From Candidatus Latescibacterota bacterium (GTDB taxonomy: Bacteria; Latescibacterota; UBA2968): 64,000 bases of DNA. Under the pieces are notes generated by a model. That model was given only the letters and a program-made list of their open reading frames with translations, was not told the DNA's origin and made no database searches. The stretch spans positions 1,216,001 to 1,280,000 of the forward strand of contig OZ242320.1 in the NCBI GenBank assembly GCA_965208125.1. Direction: 5' to 3'. Made by a program: the position numbers and the translations under genes. Shown one piece after another: positions 28,852-37,884 of the stretch; the stretch's first letter is position 1; the number at the start of each line of letters is the position of its first letter.

Positions 28852-28961
28852 ATTTGGTCATCTCCCAAGAGGGTGAACTGTCGTACTCTTATCAGGAACT
28901 AAATTAGCCTGCCACTGTCAAGCACGCAAGATTTTTGACTTGCACGGCGAAGCGACCGCAG

Positions 28962-29035
28962 AAAAATAGAACGCCCCAGCATCGTTGTGCCGGGGCGTTC
29001 TCTCCAGGTGAATTCATCCTATATTCATGCTATAT
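28962..29035 (-). terminator. Shared terminator element, copy T3
   Basis: aaaaatagaacgccccagcatcgttgtgccggggcgttct; flank similar to T5. Confidence 0.8.
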
Positions 29036-29064
29036 TTCCATAACATCACATTCCCCTCAATCTT

Positions 29065-31581
29065 TTAACGCGACAGAAGTGGCCGGTAAACCTTTTTGCC
29101 ATCTGAGATTAAATTTCCTCCGGAATTCCACGCTAAATCTGTAACTGTAGCACCTGTTCGAATCTGTTTTTCTCGTAGCCAACCATCTGTTCGCCAGAAG
29201 GTTATGATACCGTCTTCGTCTCCGACAGCGAGATACCGCCCATCAGGTCTAAAAGCAATGGCAAATACATTACCTGCATTCAGCCGTCGAACCTCTGCCC
29301 CGCTACTTACTCTCCATAAGACCACACTGGTATTACTCCCATCGTAGCCATCGGTAGCGAGATATTGTCCATCCGGACTGAACGCGACTGCACGGACATT
29401 GCCCCCAGGTGCCATAAATTGACTATTTACATCGTCTGTCCACCAACTGCTCACCTCCCAAAGAACCGCATAGCCAGCATCATCCCCCGTAGCGAGATAA
29501 CGTCCATTGGGACTAAACGCGACATCATAGACCTCAGAGGCGTCTCGTGCTCCCCACCCGGTCCGTCTGTCACTATTCAGATCCCAGAGCCACGCCCAGC
29601 GAAGATCAACCCCTATTGCGACATAATTCCCATTGGGGCTGAACGCGACTGAATTGACTCGATCTGCATCACTACTCGATGCACCAACCCCCGTTCGTTG
29701 GATCTCTGTGCCACTGCTCACATCTAACAGGACCACATGGGGTTCACTACTGCCTAAGCCATCGGCAGCGATATACCGCCCATCGGAGCTGAAGGCAACG
29801 GATGCGACTTCACCACCAAGACTCTTCCACCAGAGATTCGTGCCACTGCTCACCTCCCAAAGACCTATATCGCCTTCGTCATCTCCCGTTGCGATATATC
29901 TTCCATTGGGACTAAAAGCAACTGAAAGACTGCGACTATAAAGAGAATAGACCTCCTGGCTACCAAGTGCAAGCGTCCCCGTCTTTAAGGGATACTCAAA
30001 GAAGTTGAAATCCCAGGATACGGCGGCAAAATTTCCACCCAACCCAATTTTGTCGAAAATTGCAGCTTGTACACCAGCGTACCCATCTACACCCGCATGT
30101 AACGACCAATCAATCCGGCTCTGTGCTCGATTTGTCACCGCAGTAAAATCCAGGTAAGGTTTCAACCCAAAATAAGGTCCGGCTACAGCATACAAATTAA
30201 AATCTACTTGACCACGTATATAGCCGCGAATAGTCGCCGCGCCTTGTAGTTCTACGGTAGAATCCAGCACTTTGTAGGTCGCTTCGGAACCGTCCGTCAA
30301 TTTCTGCCACAAGCCATCTTTGTATATCGTCCCAACCTCAACAGGCTTTGTCATTGTTATACCCGAAATGATCCGCCCGTCAAATTCAGCACTGAAATCC
30401 GCCCCCACGCCAAATTCCACCCTCACCTCAACCACAACGGGAATCCCACCCACTACAAAGAAGGCGTAATTGGTCACTTGCGCCACGGGTTGGTCTGCAT
30501 TCAGAGTAAAAGCACGAAATGCTTCCAGAGACATTTCTAATGTGACAACGAGATCGCCATTTACTCCCACCTTTAGAGAATCCAACTTAGAACCTTCGAT
30601 ATTCATCTTAAACTCATACTCCGGCGAGAAAGAAATATCGCAAGTGGTCACGCGTAGCTTTGCAGAAGCATCGTTATACAGGGTAATGGGGTCCTGTATT
30701 GTTGGGTTTGCCAACGCGGGCTTTGTCGCTGGAAAACGAAAAGTCCGGCTTATCGAAGCATCTTCAATCACCTCCGTCAAGGCGGCATCTCTGGTCATCA
30801 CAACGACTTCACGGGCATCTTGTCGGCTCACGCTAACTACTTTCTTTAAAAAATAAGGCTCCACCGTATTGACCATGACATCACCGACTTTCACACGCGG
30901 CGCTGTTCCTTGCACAGAAAAGGTTATCTGATCGCCCGTTGTAGTCTGATACATCAAAGGCCCGTCCGGAACGCCCACCAGGACCGCAGCATCAGAGATA
31001 GAGACCACTTCCACTTTCACCGTATCGGGCCTGCTGGCATCCTGCCCGTCATGCACCACCAGTTGAAACAGGTAAGTGCCCGGCCTTTGTGCGCGAAAGG
31101 CCGGTTGGGCAACGGTCACCCCGGAAAGAGCGACGGATTCACCTCCAACTTGACGCCATTCGTAGGTCAATGTTTCGCCTTCAGGGTCGCTACTATTGGC
31201 CCCGTCCAATGTCACTGTTTCACGTTTATCGACGCTTTGGTCTTCGCCTGCCTGAGCTATGGGCAATTGATTTTGTCGTGCTGTTTGCCCAAAGAAATCG
31301 ACAAAGATGAGGAAGTCAGAAATCCCCACCACGCCATTGCTATCCAGATCGTACTTTGCATCATACGTCCCATCGCCGCGGCTTGACCCGAAATGATCGA
31401 CAAACAGCAAAAAATCGGGAATATCAACTATCCCATTGCCGTCAAAGTCAGCATCCGCCGCAGTTTGAGCAGCCACAGGGCACGCCAGACTCAACAGCAT
31501 CGCCGCAGCAACAAATAACCGATACAGAATAATTTCCTCCCAAAGATGATCCTTACGTGTCTTTAAATCACGACGATTCAC
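29065..31581 (-). CDS. Secreted dockerin/EF-hand + PKD + beta-rich domain + WD40 propeller protein
   Basis: Signal peptide, DFDGNG..D..DFL.F twice, PIAQAGEDQ...LDG.NSSDP (PKD), repeated VAFSPNG.Y.ATG WD40 units. Start codon uncertain. Confidence 0.85.
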   Translation of the reverse strand: MNRRDLKTRKDHLWEEIILYRLFVAAAMLLSLACPVAAQTAADADFDGNGIVDIPDFLLFVDHFGSSRGDGTYDAKYDLDSNGVVGISDFLIFVDFFGQTARQNQLPIAQAGEDQSVDKRETVTLDGANSSDPEGETLTYEWRQVGGESVALSGVTVAQPAFRAQRPGTYLFQLVVHDGQDASRPDTVKVEVVSISDAAVLVGVPDGPLMYQTTTGDQITFSVQGTAPRVKVGDVMVNTVEPYFLKKVVSVSRQDAREVVVMTRDAALTEVIEDASISRTFRFPATKPALANPTIQDPITLYNDASAKLRVTTCDISFSPEYEFKMNIEGSKLDSLKVGVNGDLVVTLEMSLEAFRAFTLNADQPVAQVTNYAFFVVGGIPVVVEVRVEFGVGADFSAEFDGRIISGITMTKPVEVGTIYKDGLWQKLTDGSEATYKVLDSTVELQGAATIRGYIRGQVDFNLYAVAGPYFGLKPYLDFTAVTNRAQSRIDWSLHAGVDGYAGVQAAIFDKIGLGGNFAAVSWDFNFFEYPLKTGTLALGSQEVYSLYSRSLSVAFSPNGRYIATGDDEGDIGLWEVSSGTNLWWKSLGGEVASVAFSSDGRYIAADGLGSSEPHVVLLDVSSGTEIQRTGVGASSSDADRVNSVAFSPNGNYVAIGVDLRWAWLWDLNSDRRTGWGARDASEVYDVAFSPNGRYLATGDDAGYAVLWEVSSWWTDDVNSQFMAPGGNVRAVAFSPDGQYLATDGYDGSNTSVVLWRVSSGAEVRRLNAGNVFAIAFRPDGRYLAVGDEDGIITFWRTDGWLREKQIRTGATVTDLAWNSGGNLISDGKKVYRPLLSR

Positions 31582-31594
31582 CTTTCAGCTAACT

Positions 31595-34251
31595 TCACTC
31601 TCCGATGATGTGGATAATACGACCCTTCTCATCCGACACGTAGATTGGCCCCTTCAGGCTACAGTCCCCCCACTCGTAGTTCTGGCGGCCAACGAGCTTA
31701 CCGCTTATGGGGTCGGGTAGTCTGTACGCATCGGCCTGACTAACGTCAACGCGGTAGCCGAGATCGGCCAAAGACTGGATCGTGATCGCGCTCAGGGGAT
31801 TGGCTTCGTAACTGTATATAGGAGTCATAAGTTCGGTACCCAACACGGACTCCCTCCAGTGGCTGCCATCACTCTCTGTTGGGACCTTTGCCCCGTTGTA
31901 GTTCCTACCACCCGCATTGTTGAACGCTTGAATCGATAGCGAGCCGGTGAAGTGCCTGTTGCTACTACTCCCGCGGAGCAAGTCCAATTCTTTCCAAAGT
32001 GTCCCAATCCCCAGAACGTGACCCATCTCATGTAATATCACTGTCCGCAGGGATCCTTCCTCTTCAATTTTCTGCAGGTCGGCCTTATCTAACCATATCT
32101 TTCCAAGGATTGGCAATCTGTTGTCCTCCCGTATCCAAAACGGGGCTCCCTTCCCTGCAGTATCGCCGAAGCCGTCAATCTCGACAGCCCGCACAAATAT
32201 CCTCAGGTCATCTACAATGTCATTAACGCGAATCCGCGTGCCCAAATCCGCGTCCCACTTGTTATACGGATTGGTCGAAAAGTCGGTATCCCTGAGGTCT
32301 TCTGTAATGATCGACATCCAGTGCCTTGCCGCCTGCTGGAATACCGCCTTTTGAGAGGAAGTGAAGTCATCGTCGTTGACGAAGACGAGTTCGATATTGA
32401 AGTCTCCGCGCGTACCCGACGTCGATTCCTGACCCGCCTCAAAACGCACATGCAAGTCATAGCTGCCAGTGTTATAGCCTTCCACTTCAATATAATAGGC
32501 CCCCGGAAAGACCTGGCTCATTATTCCGAAATTATTTCCGCTTCCACTGTCGTCATCACTTGTCCAAAGATAAGGCACATCTCCATTTCCAATATCATAT
32601 AGATAACCCCGAGTATCGATATTGCCTGTCGTGAAGACGGTCAACGCACCAGGCTTGCTTACCTGCACTTTGAAGTAATCTTTATCATTGAGGTTTTCTA
32701 TCCATCCTATGCGATCAATGCCCAAAGAACCCGAAGTATTTAAAACGACCCATGAAAGGGCAGTCGCACCGACCCATGTATTGCTATCATCCGAATAAAA
32801 AAGTGCATTCAAGGTATAGCTTCCGGTCTCTGATCCATAGCCTTCTACTTTGATGTAATAGGTGCCTGAATTTACGACATAATTTATTCCGAAATTATTT
32901 CCGCTTGCACCGTCGTCATCAGTTTCAAAGTAGAACCAGAACTATTTTGTAGCGCACCTTGAGTATCGAGGTTGCCTGTCGTATAAACCGTCAACACACC
33001 GTATCCGCTGACCTGCACGCTGAAGTAATCTACATCAGTGCCGGTTTCTATCTGTCCTGATTTCTCGGCTTCTACATATCCCAGATCATCTAAATAAGTC
33101 ACCTGAATTGAGTCTAAAAACCCCCACCTGAGCCTGGTTGCGCCAGACCTATTATTGCTATGGTCATCGCTTGATTCGGAAATCTGCCAGTTCGCCTGGC
33201 CGGTGTTTCCATCGTCACAAGTGTAGCTTAAAACACCTCCCGTAATTGAACTAAAGGTAAGTTGGTTTCTGCAGCTACCACCGGAGTATTGATTATCATC
33301 ATAGTTTTGCGTAAGCGTGCCAGTATTCGGACCGGTATTCGAATATGTATAACTCCCTGGATAGGTAGAGGTATCTCCATCAGAGATTATGATTTCCCTG
33401 AAACGGCCAGCAGACACAAACTCAATAATAAAATTAAAATTTGATATTACTAAGCGTTTGCCAACCAAAAGGCTGTTGAATGCCTGCTGATCTACTGGCG
33501 CAAAACCAGAAGACGGGTTTGGACTGCCACCTCCACCACCTCCGCTCGGGGGAGATACAGATTTACCGAAGTCGTTGGTGAAGATCAAAAAATCTGGAAA
33601 GCCAATCGCGCCATCGCTATCCAGATCGTACTTCGCTTGATATGTCCCATCACCTCGGCTTGCCCCATACACACCTGCAAACTGCAGAAAGTCGACAAAG
33701 CCCACCATACCATCGCCATCAAAGTCAGGAGAAAGTGTGGCATTAAACCTGATCACATCTCTTGTTGTAATCTCGTCGCGCAATGACGCACTTTCAGCAA
33801 GCGTAACCTGCTTAATGCCAATAGAAAATTCCCGACCCGTTACATCTACAGCCGTAGTAAACTCAGCGCGTGCCAGAAAACCAGATGATGGCAAGGTGAC
33901 AGGTGCAGTAGCGGCGAAGTTTATGCCAGTCGCTTCTGGAATCGCAAAGAGAAACGCACTGTTCTCCGCTTTTTCAAACTTCAAAACAGACGTATCAAAG
34001 TCAAATATGACTTTCACACCAACCAGCGGTGTAGTCACACCTGTTGCGAAAACTTCAACCGCAATTTTTGTGCCCTGTCCAGAGACCGTGCCCGAAACAA
34101 CGCCATTATCTCTCTGATTACCCGACCCGCCATCGGGAATAAGATCAAGCGACAGTGTCGCACCAGCATTTGAACCAGCAGAGGCTTGACCCACAAATAC
34201 CAGTAATGCAAGAATAACTATGACGACAAAATTAGTGATCCATTTATACAT
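31595..34251 (-). pseudogene. Cohesin-like + dockerin + 2x PPC + leishmanolysin-like zinc metalloprotease, split by a 1-nt frameshift near 32926
   Basis: ORFs 32884..34293 and 31595..32812 join in a shifted frame (GSTL/ETDDDGASGNNFGINY..GTYYIKVEGY). HEMGHVLG..SHW..ELMT motifs. Confidence 0.8.
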
Positions 34252-34292
34252 CTTTTTTGACGAATAGAGGAGGACCCTTTTGGGATCATACA

Positions 34293-34988
34293 CTATTTCC
34301 CGATAGGCAAGCCGATACCAACCTGAAGGGCAATAGACCGGTTCTTAACATCATCATTTTCTACTTTGCTAAACGATTGGACCCCCAAAGTGTACAGCAA
34401 TTCGACTAAGAATGTCATCCCTTCGGAAATCGCTATCTCAGTACCGATCCCTCCAGTAATGCCCAAGTCCACCGTCCTGGTCTTGACGAAGTCCCCACAA
34501 TCCACTGGTTTCCCTGTTGTTGACCCATCTGTACCCACGATTCCGCACTTGACATTGAACGCCACCGCCGGTCCAGCGAGCACATATATGGAAGTTGGGC
34601 CTCCGGGTGGGACGAGCGAGGCGATACCCAGGCCTGAAAATTCGATATAATCAAGGTTTGCACTGCCACTTAAATTATCAATGCCAAAAAAGTCCAAAAA
34701 GCCGTCTTCGACAACATCGGCTTGCCACCCTTTCTGCACATAGTTACCACTGAGTTGAAGGGCGAATCTATCCTGTATTGTGATAGTTGCAGAAGTACCG
34801 ACTTTGATGCCTGTACGCGCGCCCATGTCCAAGCCTTCTAGGGACGCGTCATCTCCGCCTATGGTCGCTCGACTCAAGCCTCCCCGAATAGCGATTGTTG
34901 TCTGCCCAAAAACAGGGATAGGATCGTGCAGGGCCGCCAAGGCTATTACACCCATGATAACGATGTAATGAAATGATAAGTGTTTCAT
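34293..34988 (-). CDS. Outer-membrane beta-barrel (PorT/OmpA-like porin family) protein
   Basis: Signal peptide, alternating beta strands, LDYIEF, C-terminal KNRSIALQVGIGL; AGGTGAGG RBS. Confidence 0.8.
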   Translation of the reverse strand: MKHLSFHYIVIMGVIALAALHDPIPVFGQTTIAIRGGLSRATIGGDDASLEGLDMGARTGIKVGTSATITIQDRFALQLSGNYVQKGWQADVVEDGFLDFFGIDNLSGSANLDYIEFSGLGIASLVPPGGPTSIYVLAGPAVAFNVKCGIVGTDGSTTGKPVDCGDFVKTRTVDLGITGGIGTEIAISEGMTFLVELLYTLGVQSFSKVENDDVKNRSIALQVGIGLPIGK

Positions 34989-35061
34989 ATCTATATACCT
35001 CACCTGTAAAAAAGATGATGCCAAAATGGTCTCTGATTGGTAGAATCGAAAAAAATGTAAC

Positions 35062-35213
35062 TTGATGTTGTGGTTGTGGAACTTTACATTTTGATACAGA
35101 GCGGGTTGCGGTTTGCAAGACCGTTTCCTCTCTGTATGTTGCGGCAGAAGGCCACAGGCAGCCAAACCGAGCGGCCTTCTGCCATTCCCGCAGACATCAT
35201 ACATGTTTGCGGT
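35062..35213 (+). ncRNA. Structured element B, copy 1 (promoter plus putative sRNA 35096-35213)
   Basis: TTGATG-N17-TACATT followed by two conserved hairpin domains; near-identical to the 36.1 and 44.4 kb copies. Confidence 0.6.
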
Positions 35214-35241
35214 ACAGATCTCTCTTTTTTCTTTCTACCTT

Positions 35242-35736
35242 CTATTCTGCCTTCTTTATCTTCTCTATTTTGATCTGTACGGGTTGTGTTGAAATAAATT
35301 TCACCGATGCATCGCCAGAAGGGACAATTTTAACGGGTATATCGACAGCACCTGTTTGTTGGCTCGTAAGAGTAACGCTGATTCTCTCTGGGTATAAATC
35401 ATATAATGATCCTGCCATGTAATCTACCATGAGACCCACACCGGACCCGAGAAGATCAAGAAGGACAACTCCAATGTCCACTTTTTTTCTGATTCTCACC
35501 TGACGTGTCTCGTATCCTTCTTTTGAAATTGTAACATTATAATTCTGATTACGTTCCAATTCTGCTTCTGCTGGTGTGGTATATGTCTCGCCTTCTATAT
35601 CAACGGTGCTTCCTGGTGGTGTCGATCTAATGCTAATAAGTTGAGTAGAGCCATTAAGAATCAATCCACATCCAGAAAAAGAAAACAAAGAGAAAGTACA
35701 CAGCAATGCTAATGATACGGACAGGCAATTTTTCAT
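35242..35736 (-). CDS. PEGA-domain lipoprotein
   Basis: Lipobox FSGC; S.PPG..V.I.G...TP...L......VTISKEGY PEGA pattern; AAGGAAGG RBS. Confidence 0.85.
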   Translation of the reverse strand: MKNCLSVSLALLCTFSLFSFSGCGLILNGSTQLISIRSTPPGSTVDIEGETYTTPAEAELERNQNYNVTISKEGYETRQVRIRKKVDIGVVLLDLLGSGVGLMVDYMAGSLYDLYPERISVTLTSQQTGAVDIPVKIVPSGDASVKFISTQPVQIKIEKIKKAE

Positions 35737-36048
35737 AACAACAATCCTTCCTTTTCTTAAAGGTCAAATACGTAACTAAATGTGAGTGATGTCTCATTGA
35801 TGGCGACTATAATCTATCACCCACATCAAATTCTTTTTTTGCACAAAACTAACACCGCGAAATTCTAAACTCAATGAGACGACATGCTTTCTGATCTTAT
35901 CCTCCTTTCAAAAGCAAATATTACTGATAGATTGAATTACCCTGCTCCGCATCTAGGTTAATACTTCTCGCCTAGTAACAGATCGGGCACAGACATAAGT
36001 TTTAAGCCTTCTCCTCCTTTCTCGTTGCATCAAACGGGAAAATGCAAC

Positions 36049-36210
36049 TTGCTTTTGTGATAGTGGCACTTTACATTGTGAACAGAGCGGGTTGCGGTTT
36101 GCAGAACCGTTTCCCCCTCTGTATGTTGCGGCAGAAGGCCACAGGCAGCCAAACCGAGCGGCCTTCTGCCATTCCCGCAGACATAATTACCTGTTTGCGG
36201 TTTTTTTTAT
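36049..36210 (+). ncRNA. Structured element B, copy 2 (promoter plus putative sRNA 36082-36210 with terminator)
   Basis: TTGCTT-N17-TACATT; 3' hairpin ccgcagaca...tgtttgcgg followed by T8. Confidence 0.65.
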
Positions 36211-36260
36211 AATAAGCGTTCAGCAGTCAGCAAAACAAGCTATTCGCTGATTTTCAGCAA

Positions 36261-36300
36261 TAAAAAAACCGCGTGTCCAGAACCAGATGACACGCGGTTG
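36261..36300 (-). terminator. Intrinsic terminator downstream of element A
   Basis: Minus strand AACCGCGTGTC-loop-GACACGCGGTT followed by a T-tract. Confidence 0.85.
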
Positions 36301-36319
36301 ATTATTGTGCTATAAATAA

Positions 36320-36544
36320 TACCGAATGCCATATCACCTATGGCATCCGGTTGCATTATAGAGCCGGTCAAATGCCACAGGCTGTTAGACTCTATCTATA
36401 GCCCAGATTGAGCTCGGCCCTTTCGGAAACCGAAACCATAGCATTTAACCGGCTGGAAGTTGCACAGTATATCCGGCCCCTCCAGCCGGTGCTATAAATA
36501 AAGCCTAACGGCCTTATATTACAACATAAAAGAATCGTTTGCAA
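36320..36544 (-). ncRNA. Structured element A, copy 1, with its promoter
   Basis: TTGCAA-N17-TAATAT (36544-36516); hairpin, three-way junction and terminator-like hairpin; homologous to 44581-44814. Confidence 0.62.
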
Positions 36545-36754
36545 GAAGAAATTGCTCATAAAATTTGCTGGCGCAGTCTGGTATAAAGCGGGCCAATCCA
36601 TAGATTGTACACCCCGCTTCAGTGTGGGGCAGGACCCAAAGTAAGACCACAATGTACATACACTCACAGGTACAGAGAGGTTTCAAATTTATTCATGCTG
36701 AGTCACCGAACAACACCAGTATCGCGTGATAAAGGAGCGTGGATTTGCGTTTTA

Positions 36755-36833
36755 ACGCGAAGCAACAGCACAAAAAGAGAACGCCCCAGCATCGTTGTGC
36801 CGGGGCGTTCTCTTTTTGTGTATCAGGTAAACC
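36755..36833 (-). terminator. Shared terminator element, copy T4 (longest stem)
   Basis: cacaaaaagagaacgccccagca-tcgttg-tgccggggcgttctctttttgtg. Confidence 0.85.
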
Positions 36834-36910
36834 AAAAAACGATTGTAAAAAAAGGCTTTTTCCAGACCCGTTCTCCGACCAGTTGCACCATTGCGCCTGT
36901 TCGTAACAAC

Positions 36911-37630
36911 TCAATGTACCAATTTGATGCCCCATTCAACACACCGCGTTTCGACTTCATCAAGCGGTGCCATGGTCACGATCACGCCATCGACTGTTTT
37001 ATCGGGGTGCAAAGTCCGCATCAACCCCACTTTATCGGCAAAGCGATCCACATCTTCCACCTCGCAAACAGACTTCACTTCAAACACCAGTAAAGTGCTG
37101 TTATAGACCAGAATATCGACTTCGTAGCGGCGCCCTGAAGGTCCAATCATGCCATCCTCATCTTCAAGAGGCTGTCGCAAACGCACATTTTCAGATACAA
37201 TATCGTCTCGCCCAAGAACCAATCTCATCGTGCCAGCAACAACATCCTCGAGTTTTCTGCCAGACCGCGTTTGGAAGCGTCCCACGATCATCTCAACCCA
37301 ATCTCTCAGATCGGAAAAACGCTGATCCATCTGGTCAAACCGTTCATCAACTTTCTCAAATCGCTCATCAACTTTCTCAAATCGCTCATCAACTTTCTCA
37401 AACCGTTCATTGACTTCCGACTGAAATGTATCCATGCCTGACCGAAATGTATCAAACTCGCCACGAAAATCGCGCAATTCAGAAAGGATTGCTGCGACTT
37501 CTTCCTTAGTAGCAAAAGTCCGCATAAAAGCCGTATAGACGCGCCGTTCCATCTCTGGATGGCGTGCAAGCAAAGCCGGCAACTGCTTCTCAAGCGTCTC
37601 TAATAATTCTTCATCTGTCAACAAGGCCAT
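36911..37630 (-). CDS. Coiled-coil + PD-(D/E)xK nuclease-fold protein (DUF3782-like)
   Basis: Heptad repeats ERFEKVD x3 (21-bp repeats at ~37344-37410); E..EVDI...VFEVKS motif. Confidence 0.75.
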   Translation of the reverse strand: MALLTDEELLETLEKQLPALLARHPEMERRVYTAFMRTFATKEEVAAILSELRDFRGEFDTFRSGMDTFQSEVNERFEKVDERFEKVDERFEKVDERFDQMDQRFSDLRDWVEMIVGRFQTRSGRKLEDVVAGTMRLVLGRDDIVSENVRLRQPLEDEDGMIGPSGRRYEVDILVYNSTLLVFEVKSVCEVEDVDRFADKVGLMRTLHPDKTVDGVIVTMAPLDEVETRCVEWGIKLVH

Positions 37631-37695
37631 CTCTCATTCCTCATTAGAATTTCCATAACGCAAGGCCAACTGTTCCAATGACCTTTATCAGATCA

Positions 37696-37727
37696 AAAGT
37701 AGCCGATTTCTATGGACCTGTCAACAC
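37696..37727 (-). promoter_or_regulatory. Sigma70 promoter, identical 32-bp copy 2
   Basis: Identical to 27530-27561. Confidence 0.8.
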
Positions 37728-37736
37728 TCCTCAATG

Positions 37737-37808
37737 AACTACGCCCCAGCATCGAAATGCCGGGGCGTTCTTATGTGTCAGGTAAACTCATCCTGAATTC
37801 ATACTATT
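37737..37808 (-). terminator. Shared terminator element, copy T5 (U-tract eroded)
   Basis: acgccccagcatcgaaatgccggggcgttc...caggtaaactcatcctgaattcatactat. Confidence 0.7.
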
Positions 37809-37884
37809 CGCCATAGGGATTTGAGTCAACGCCATCGTCCACCCAATCCGAAATCCAATATAGTCTCTGATCGCTCTGCGGTCA

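Noticed and set aside
34989-35204. N-terminal extensions of the porin ORF (and of hpnC 26966-27085, ORF 14133, coaE 59266, PhyH 62622)
   Set aside because: They run through ncRNA/terminator elements or upstream genes; downstream starts have an RBS, a promoter or coupling and match family N-termini.
36320-36510. Element A or B as c-di-GMP, cobalamin, glycine, SAM, T-box, SRP, 6S or tmRNA
   Set aside because: Diagnostic consensus motifs were not found by eye; an Rfam search is still needed.
36392-37106. Short ORFs 36392-36667, 36605-37093, 36693-36935 (and 27544-27789)
   Set aside because: They overlap promoter, terminator or ncRNA elements; the recurring APAQRCWGV peptide is just the translated T element.
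27021-37808. T elements as a CRISPR array or canonical integron attC sites
   Set aside because: Spacing is gene-sized and irregular, there are no cas genes or intI, and the ends lack RYYYAAC/GTTRRRY. Kept only as an unexplained cassette-like repeat.
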